Below, one piece after another: positions 23,573 to 28,884 of a stretch of 28,884 bases of DNA. The stretch covers positions 1 through 28,884 of the forward strand of contig JAXIOX010000297.1 of assembly GCA_045403275.1 (NCBI GenBank), written 5' to 3'. Positions within the stretch are counted from its first letter, which is position 1. Each line of letters opens with the position of its first letter. Under the pieces are notes generated by a model. That model searched no databases and was not told the origin of the DNA. It was given only the letters and a program-made list of their open reading frames with translations. The stretch is from Burkholderiales bacterium. Its GTDB lineage: Bacteria; Pseudomonadota; Gammaproteobacteria; Burkholderiales; JACQAP01. Position numbers and translations under genes: made by a program.

Positions 23573-23905
23573 ATGGGCCGGTACCGGCGTTTGATGCACA
23601 TGACCGCTTGCATTGTCGCGGCTCTTGGAATCGCGGCACCGGCCTGCGCATCGGGTGTCGCGGCCGGACCCGGGCAGGTGCTCAACGCTGATATCGCGCG
23701 CGCGGCGATCGCGCAGGCCGACCGTGCCGTCAAGCGTGCCGAAGCACAGGGCATGCTCTGGACCACAGCGGACGAGGCGTTGCGAGGCGCGCGGCGCGCT
23801 TTCGAGAATCGAGACCTTGCAGCGGCGGTTGCGCAGGCTCGGGTCGCAAAGGAGCACGCTGAGCTGGCAATCGCGCAGAAGCGCTACCCGCCGTTTCGCA
23901 TCTAG
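23573..23905 (+). CDS. Small exported helical protein (possible SoxK/SoxXA-binding-protein-like fold)
   Basis: Signal-peptide-like IVAALGIAAPACA and Ala-rich helices with LWTTA..AL..A..A.....A...A..A...AELAIAQ. Start uncertain (23522/23573/23594/23600); family call is from recall only. Confidence 0.55.
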   Translation: MGRYRRLMHMTACIVAALGIAAPACASGVAAGPGQVLNADIARAAIAQADRAVKRAEAQGMLWTTADEALRGARRAFENRDLAAAVAQARVAKEHAELAIAQKRYPPFRI

Positions 23906-23919
23906 ATGAAGGAGAGTTC

Positions 23920-24414
23920 ATGCCAAGATTTCACATGACCACCGGTCTGCTGACCACGCTTGCCTGCGGCTGCCTGCTGGCGCTGCCGGCGCTCGGCGAG
24001 TTGTATAAGTGGACCGATGCGGAGGGCAGGGTGCATTACTCTGACCAGCCGCCGCCGCCGAACGTCAAGCAGACGATCACGGTCAAACCGCGCAGCCCCG
24101 CTACACCGACCGCGGCGCCGGCGGCCGAGGGTACGCCTGCGGCAGGGCAAAAAACCTACGTCGAAGAGGATGCGGAGTTCAATCGACGTCGTGTGGAGGC
24201 TGCGGAGCGGGAAGCCGCAGAGAAGAAAGCGGCAACGGAAGCAGCAGAAAAGAAGAAAAATTGCGAGATGGCCAAAGCCCGGTTGGCCGGCCTGCAGAGC
24301 GGCGCACGCGTCTCCCGCTACAACGAAAAAGGCGAGATCGTGTACGTGAATGACGCTGAAATCGCGCAGGAAACTGCGCGCGCAAAACAGGTGGCGGACT
24401 CCTGGTGCAAGTAG
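23920..24414 (+). CDS. DUF4124 domain-containing protein
   Basis: Signal peptide, LYKWTDAEGRVHYSDQPP, C-terminal NC...C pair; SD AAGGAG. Confidence 0.9.
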   Translation: MPRFHMTTGLLTTLACGCLLALPALGELYKWTDAEGRVHYSDQPPPPNVKQTITVKPRSPATPTAAPAAEGTPAAGQKTYVEEDAEFNRRRVEAAEREAAEKKAATEAAEKKKNCEMAKARLAGLQSGARVSRYNEKGEIVYVNDAEIAQETARAKQVADSWCK

Positions 24415-24450
24415 CCCCGCAACTTTGACCGGCCCGCTATCGCCAACACC

Positions 24451-24747
24451 TTAACGGCGTCGGTGCCGGCGGCTTTCCGCGGCGGCACGACGGCGTCTTG
24501 CCTGCTTCGGATCGGCGCTCAGTGCCCGGTAAATCTCGACCCGGTCGCGGTCGCGCACACCGGTGGCCAATGTAACTCGCCGGCCCCACACACCGATCCG
24601 CTGTGTTTTCAGATCGATTTCCGGATGGCGAACGGGGATCCCGGAGGCAATGATCGCCTCTACCACCGGCGCGCCCTCCTCCAGTTCGACTTCGACGGCT
24701 TCCTGCGCCCCCGGCAGGGCGTAAATCACCTGGACGACGACTTTCAT
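24451..24747 (-). CDS. ratB: RnfH/RatB ubiquitin-like protein
   Basis: VQVIYALP, IGVWGR, DRDRVEIYRALSADPKQARRRR; overlaps ratA. Confidence 0.92.
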   Translation of the reverse strand: MKVVVQVIYALPGAQEAVEVELEEGAPVVEAIIASGIPVRHPEIDLKTQRIGVWGRRVTLATGVRDRDRVEIYRALSADPKQARRRRAAAESRRHRRR

Positions 24748-25181
24748 CGCTTCCCGTAGATTTGCTGCGCGCGTCTGACGAAGGCTTCTACGAAAGTGTT
24801 GGCGATGTAATGAAACACCGGCCCGACCAGTTTCTCCAGCAGCCTGCTGGAGAATTCGTAGCGGAGTCGGAACTCGATCTTGCAGGCTTGCTCGCCCAGC
24901 GGTTTGAAATGCCAGCTGCCATCGAGATGGCGGAACGGCCCGTCCACCAGTTTCATTTCGATCAATTGTGGCGGTCGTGACCGGTTCTCCGTGGAAAAGC
25001 GTTGCCTGATGCCGCGATAATCGATTCTGATCGCAGCGTGGGTGACATCGCCTTCTCGCTTAATCACTTCGGAGCCGCCGCACCAGGGAAGGAATTCAGG
25101 GTACCTGGCGACGTCCTCCACCAGCGCATGCATCTGCGACGCGGAATACTCGACCAGCACGGACTTTTCCACCAGCACCAT
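24744..25181 (-). CDS. ratA: RatA/PasT (SRPBCC/Coq10-like)
   Basis: [43 protein letters not shown]; divergent from smpB. Start ATG 25181. Confidence 0.93.
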   Translation of the reverse strand: MVLVEKSVLVEYSASQMHALVEDVARYPEFLPWCGGSEVIKREGDVTHAAIRIDYRGIRQRFSTENRSRPPQLIEMKLVDGPFRHLDGSWHFKPLGEQACKIEFRLRYEFSSRLLEKLVGPVFHYIANTFVEAFVRRAQQIYGKR

Positions 25182-25214
25182 TGAGATTAACGCAGAGTTT
25201 GCGCAAGAGAGGGC

Positions 25215-25223
25215 TGGTAAAAT
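25215..25223 (+). promoter_or_regulatory. Putative extended -10 for smpB
   Basis: TG-G-TAAAAT, 50 nt upstream of the smpB ATG. Confidence 0.5.
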
Positions 25224-25273
25224 ACACGACCACCGCAGAAAAAGCACACGCATCTCGAAAGCCCGGCCTGGAA

Positions 25274-25720
25274 ATGAGCATCGTTCAGAACAAGAAGGCC
25301 TTTCATGATTATTTCATCGAAGAGCGGCTCGAGGCCGGATTGGCGCTCGAGGGCTGGGAGGTGAAGGCAATCCGCGCCGGCGGCGTACAGCTCAAAGAGG
25401 CCTACGTGGTGGTCAAAAACGCCGAGATGGTTCTGATCGGCTGCCACATCAGCCCGCTTTCAGCGGCTTCCACGCATGTTCAAGCCGACCCTACCCGCAC
25501 CCGCAAACTGCTTATGCACGCGGAAGAGATCCGCAAACTGATCGGCAAAGTGGAACGCGCCGGCTATACGCTGGTGCCGCTCGATCTGCATTACACCCGT
25601 GGCCGGGTCAAACTGGAAATCGGGCTCGCCAAGGGAAAAAAGCAGCATGACAAGCGCGACGCCGAAAAGGAGAAAGACTGGAAAAGAGAACAGCAACGTC
25701 TAATGAGACACAAAGCGTAG
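25274..25720 (+). CDS. smpB: SsrA-binding protein SmpB
   Basis: [54 protein letters not shown]. Start ATG 25274. Confidence 0.98.
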   Translation: MSIVQNKKAFHDYFIEERLEAGLALEGWEVKAIRAGGVQLKEAYVVVKNAEMVLIGCHISPLSAASTHVQADPTRTRKLLMHAEEIRKLIGKVERAGYTLVPLDLHYTRGRVKLEIGLAKGKKQHDKRDAEKEKDWKREQQRLMRHKA

Positions 25721-25737
25721 TTATCCCCGCTTGCGGC

Positions 25738-25786
25738 GCAGGCTAACTTGCCTCGGGCAAGTTAAGCGCGTAGCGCGGCCGGAACC
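25738..25786 (+). repeat. Conserved linker 1 with TAAC-hairpin-GTTA
   Basis: GCAGGCTAACTTGC-CTCGG-GCAAGTTAAG-CGCGTAGCG-CGGCCGGAACC; homologous to 25875-25925. Confidence 0.85.
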
Positions 25787-25857
25787 ACAAACGAGAGGCC
25801 GAAAAGGAAAAGGACTGGAAGCGTGAGCAGCAGAGGTTACTGCGTCAAAGGACCTGA
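25787..25857 (+). pseudogene. smpB: Silent smpB 3'-end copy 2 ([22 protein letters not shown])
   Basis: 71 nt from ACAA to TGA, colinear with 25650-25720; no in-frame start (TAG at 25771-25773 just upstream). Confidence 0.9.
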
Positions 25858-25874
25858 ACCGTCGAGTTTGCAGT

Positions 25875-25925
25875 GCAGGCTAACCTGCTCTTGAGCAGGT
25901 TAAGGGCGCCAGCCCGGCCGGAACT
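25875..25925 (+). repeat. Conserved linker 2 with TAAC-hairpin-GTTA
   Basis: GCAGGCTAACCTGC-TCTTGA-GCAGGTTAAG-GGCGCCAGCC-CGGCCGGAACT. Confidence 0.85.
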
Positions 25926-25996
25926 ACAAGCGCGACGCCGAAAAGGAGAAAGACTGGAAACGCGAACTGCAACGACTTATGAGGCAAAAGGCGTGA
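25926..25996 (+). pseudogene. smpB: Silent smpB 3'-end copy 3 ([22 protein letters not shown])
   Basis: 71 nt from ACAA to TGA; first 35 nt identical to 25650-25684; in-frame TAA at 25901-25903 upstream. Confidence 0.9.
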
Positions 25997-26002
25997 ATCG
26001 CC

Positions 26003-26051
26003 CCTCTAGCCTCTCGCCTCTCGCCTCCCGCCTCACGCCTTCCCCCTCACG
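26003..26051. repeat. Seven tandem heptamers (CCTCWCG-like) running into the trpS stop
   Basis: cctctag cctctcg cctctcg cctcccg cctcacg ccttccc cctcacg. Confidence 0.85.
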
Positions 26052-27249
26052 AATAATCCAAACCCATCGCCTCGCGCACGTCGCGAATGGTCTCATTGGC
26101 AAGCTTGCGGGCGCGATCGCAACCATCGGCGATGATATTGCGTACCAGCGTTGGATCGTCGAGATATGCCTTGGCACGCTCGCGTAACGGCTCCTGTTCC
26201 TTGAGCACTGCTTCGATCACCGGCTGCTTGCACTCCAGGCAACCGATACCGGCACTACGGCAGCCTTTCTGCACCCAGTCCCTGGTGGCTTGGTCGGAGT
26301 ACACCTTGTGGAACTCCCAAACCGGGCATTTGTCCGGATCGCCCGGATCCGACCGGCGCACGCGCGCCGGGTCGGTGGGCATGGTGCGGATCTTCCTGGC
26401 GACGCTTTCGGCAGGCTCGCGCAGCGTGATAGTGTTGTTGTAGGACTTTGACATTTTCTGCCCGTCCAGCCCCGGCATCTTCGAGGCTTCGGTGAGCAGT
26501 GCCTGCGGCTCGGACAGAATCATCTTACCGCCGCCCTCGAGAAATCCGAACAAGCGTTCACGATCGCCCATCGACAGATTGGCAGCCCCCTCCAGCAGCG
26601 CCTTGGCAGCCGCCAGCGCTTCTTCGTCTCCCTGCTCCTGGTAGCGGCTACGCAGTTCCCGATAGAGTTTGCCGCGCTTGACCCCGAGCTTCTTGATCGC
26701 GGCTTCGGCTTTCTGCTCGAATCCGGTCTCGCGGCCGTAGACGTGATTGAAGCGGCGCGCGATCTCGCGGGTGAATTCGATGTGCGGAACCTGGTCTTCG
26801 CCAACTGGCACGCGATTGGCACGGTAGATGAGGATATCTGCACTCTGCAGCAGCGGATAGCCAAGGAAACCGTATGTGGCAAGGTCCTTGTCGGCGAGTT
26901 TCTCCTGCTGGTCCCTATAAGAGGGGACGCGCTCGAGCCAGCCAAGCGGCGTGATCATCGACAGCAGCAGATGCAGCTCCGCGTGCTCCGGCACCCGCGA
27001 CTGGATGAACAGCGTCGCTTGCGACGGGTCGACCCCGGCGGCAAGCCAGTCGATCAGCATGTCCCAGATGTTTTGCTCGATAACTTCCGGTGTGGCGTAA
27101 TGGGTGGTGAGCGCGTGCCAGTCGGCGACGAAGAACAGGCACTGGAATTCGTGCTGCAATCTCACCCAGTTCTTCAGCACGCCGTGGTAATGACCGAGAT
27201 GCAGGCTCCCGGTCGGTCGCATTCCTGAAACCACGCGATCGACAAACAT
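26047..27249 (-). CDS. trpS: Tryptophan--tRNA ligase
   Basis: SGMRPTGSLHLGHY (HIGH), YPLLQSADIL, VPVGEDQVPHIE, KMSKS. Confidence 0.97.
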   Translation of the reverse strand: MFVDRVVSGMRPTGSLHLGHYHGVLKNWVRLQHEFQCLFFVADWHALTTHYATPEVIEQNIWDMLIDWLAAGVDPSQATLFIQSRVPEHAELHLLLSMITPLGWLERVPSYRDQQEKLADKDLATYGFLGYPLLQSADILIYRANRVPVGEDQVPHIEFTREIARRFNHVYGRETGFEQKAEAAIKKLGVKRGKLYRELRSRYQEQGDEEALAAAKALLEGAANLSMGDRERLFGFLEGGGKMILSEPQALLTEASKMPGLDGQKMSKSYNNTITLREPAESVARKIRTMPTDPARVRRSDPGDPDKCPVWEFHKVYSDQATRDWVQKGCRSAGIGCLECKQPVIEAVLKEQEPLRERAKAYLDDPTLVRNIIADGCDRARKLANETIRDVREAMGLDYS

Positions 27250-27258
27250 TCTGTTCCT

Positions 27259-27936
27259 CTAACGAATCCCGAAAATCCCGCCGATATCGAAAACTGCCGC
27301 CAGTACACCGATAAAGGCGCCGACAAACGGCATCATGACGGCACCGAGCACGCCCAGGAACATCAGGACCAGCAGTATGATCATTCCATAGGGCTCGACC
27401 ATTGCGAAGCGATAGGCCGCCGCGCGCGGCAGCAGGCTCACCGCGATGCGCCCGCCGTCGAGCGGGGGCAGCGGCAGGAGATTCAAAACCATGAGTACCA
27501 CGTTGATGATGATGCCGCCGCGCGCCATCAGGATCAGGGGCTCGGTGAAATAATTCTGCGGCATGCCCTGCGCGAGCTTGATTGCCAGCGCCCATATGAT
27601 CGCCATCAACAGATTCGCGCCCGGGCCCGCCGCGGCGACCCACAGCATGTCGCGCTTCGGATTGCGCAACCTGCCGAAGTTCACCGGCACAGGCTTGGCC
27701 CAGCCGAACGCATACTTGCCACCGCTCGCGATCAGGATCAGAGCCGGTATCAATATGGTGCCGATCGGATCGATGTGACGGATCGGGTTGAGCGTAATCC
27801 GGCCCGCCTGATACGCGGTAAGATCGCCGAAGTGCCTGGCCGCGTACCCGTGCGCCGCCTCGTGCAGTGTAATCGCGAAAATCCCCGGTATTGCGTACAG
27901 CGCGATGAGACGAACGATGCTTTCGAATTCGTTCAT
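27259..27936 (-). CDS. Site-2 protease family (M50) membrane metalloprotease
   Basis: HEAAH (HExxH), TLNPIRHIDPIG, AAGPGANL, NLLPLPPLDGG. Start ATG 27936 overlaps the yciO stop. Confidence 0.93.
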   Translation of the reverse strand: MNEFESIVRLIALYAIPGIFAITLHEAAHGYAARHFGDLTAYQAGRITLNPIRHIDPIGTILIPALILIASGGKYAFGWAKPVPVNFGRLRNPKRDMLWVAAAGPGANLLMAIIWALAIKLAQGMPQNYFTEPLILMARGGIIINVVLMVLNLLPLPPLDGGRIAVSLLPRAAAYRFAMVEPYGMIILLVLMFLGVLGAVMMPFVGAFIGVLAAVFDIGGIFGIR

Positions 27937-28562
27937 GCCCTGGCCCTGAATGGTGCCGCGCTTCCCTTGCCCTGCCTCACGATCACGGGCGCCTGTTCGG
28001 TGAGATCCACCACCGTTGTCGCTTCCACCCCGCAAGGACCGCCGTCAAGGATCAGATCCACGTTGTGCTCGAGGCGGCCGCGGATTTCCGCGCAATCGTT
28101 GAGCGGTGTTTCATCGCCCGGAAGAATCAGCGTCGAACTCAGGATCGGTTCGCGCATTTCCTCGAGCAGGGCCCGCACTACCGCGTGATCCGGCACACGC
28201 AGACCGATGGTCTTGCGCCTGGGATTGAGCAGGCGTTTCGGCACCTCGCGCGTGGCCTTGAGAATGAAGGTATAGCTTCCCGGTGTCGCCGCCTTGAGGC
28301 TGCGGTACTGTGCGTTGTCAACGACCGCGTACTGACCCAGTTCCGACAGATCCCGGCATATCAGGGTGAAATGATGATGCTCGTCGACCTTGCGGATGCG
28401 GCGGATGCGCTCCATCGCTGTCTTGTCGCCGATATGACAGCCGAGCGCATAGCAGGAGTCGGTGGGATACACCATCAATCCGCCGTCGCGCACGATTTCC
28501 ACTGCCCGCCGGATCAGGCGCGGCTGGGGATTGTTCACGTGGATCGAAAAATACTGTGCCAT
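27933..28562 (-). CDS. yciO: Sua5/YciO/YrdC-family protein (L-threonylcarbamoyladenylate synthase-like)
   Basis: MAQYFSIHVNNPQPRLI, YPTDSCYALGC, TIGLRVPD, TTVVDLT. Start ATG 28562. Confidence 0.92.
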   Translation of the reverse strand: MAQYFSIHVNNPQPRLIRRAVEIVRDGGLMVYPTDSCYALGCHIGDKTAMERIRRIRKVDEHHHFTLICRDLSELGQYAVVDNAQYRSLKAATPGSYTFILKATREVPKRLLNPRRKTIGLRVPDHAVVRALLEEMREPILSSTLILPGDETPLNDCAEIRGRLEHNVDLILDGGPCGVEATTVVDLTEQAPVIVRQGKGSAAPFRARA

Positions 28563-28569
28563 GGCCGGG

Positions 28570-28884
28570 TCAGGGGGCGGACCGCAACGCTTCCCGGTCC
28601 TGCCACAGTCCGCGCGCGCCAAGCGGGATCGGCGGAATATCGCCCAGATCGGCAGCTCCTTTCGCCGCCGCGTGAAAGTCGGAGCCCGCGGATAGGCTGA
28701 ATCCGAAGTGCTTTGCCAACCGTAACAGTGGCAGAGGGTTGGCACGAAGCCCGCCGCTTATTTCAAGCGCCTTTCCGCCATGCTGTTTGAATTCATCGAG
28801 CAACGCGTGCATCTGAAGCGGCGCAAGACGGTATCGGTCCGGGTGCGCCAGCACTGCGTGGCCGCCCGCGCCACGGATCCAGCC
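28570..28884 (-). CDS. PHP-domain phosphoesterase (YciV/TrpH-like), 5' part beyond the right edge
   Basis: Open frame from the window edge: WIRGAGGHAVLAHPDRY...SAGSDFH; usual neighbour of yciO. Confidence 0.85.
   Translation of the reverse strand, partial: GWIRGAGGHAVLAHPDRYRLAPLQMHALLDEFKQHGGKALEISGGLRANPLPLLRLAKHFGFSLSAGSDFHAAAKGAADLGDIPPIPLGARGLWQDREALRSAP

Noticed and set aside
24451-25181. ratAB as a novel TA module
   Set aside because: Standard conserved pair divergent from smpB.
25650-25996. CRISPR array or bona fide integron
   Set aside because: Only two linker copies, not identical; the 'spacers' are homologous smpB tails; no cas or intI gene; hairpins are too short for canonical attC.
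25721-26046. Possible tmRNA (ssrA) or tRNA downstream of smpB
   Set aside because: No tRNA-like 5' GGGG.../3' CCA acceptor stem, T-loop or tag ORF; the region is explained by tail copies, linkers and heptamers.
26520-26740. ~65-aa insertion in TrpRS between the ARRFN and KMSKS regions
   Set aside because: Long (~400 aa) TrpRS with this helical insert is typical of many beta/gammaproteobacteria.

Overview
A GC-rich betaproteobacterial-type core chromosome segment, almost entirely housekeeping genes. Left to right: a family-5 uracil-DNA glycosylase (cut by the left edge), an atypical EF-P, then a long minus-strand run (rpoE-rseA-rseB-mucD, lepA-lepB-DUF4845-rnc-era-recO-pdxJ-acpS-nagZ-CDF transporter). 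After that come nadB, ygfX/ygfZ-DUF4936-NRDE, GNAT, an SDR/fabG, an L,D-transpeptidase, tadA, guaA, guaB, two small exported proteins, ratB-ratA, smpB, and trpS-site-2 protease-yciO-PHP (cut by the right edge). I saw no rRNA, tRNA, tmRNA, CRISPR array, transposase or integrase. The most unusual feature is at 25650-25996. The last 71 nt of smpB, encoding the C-terminal tail from the DKR motif to the stop, occur three times at 137/139-nt spacing. The two extra copies are silent, indel-free and diverge mostly at synonymous positions. They are separated by a conserved ~50-nt linker containing a TAAC-hairpin-GTTA with a compensatory base-pair change. This looks like an array of gene-tail replacement cassettes or minimal integrative elements targeting smpB; I cannot check novelty without a database. 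Other points of interest are a 10-codon leader ORF plus terminator-like hairpin coupled to lepA, an EF-P with a VGGRGG loop, an att-like palindrome on the guaA stop, and three 7/8-mer repeat elements that each overlap stop codons. All coordinates were counted by hand; several starts are moved from the ORF track to more plausible codons.
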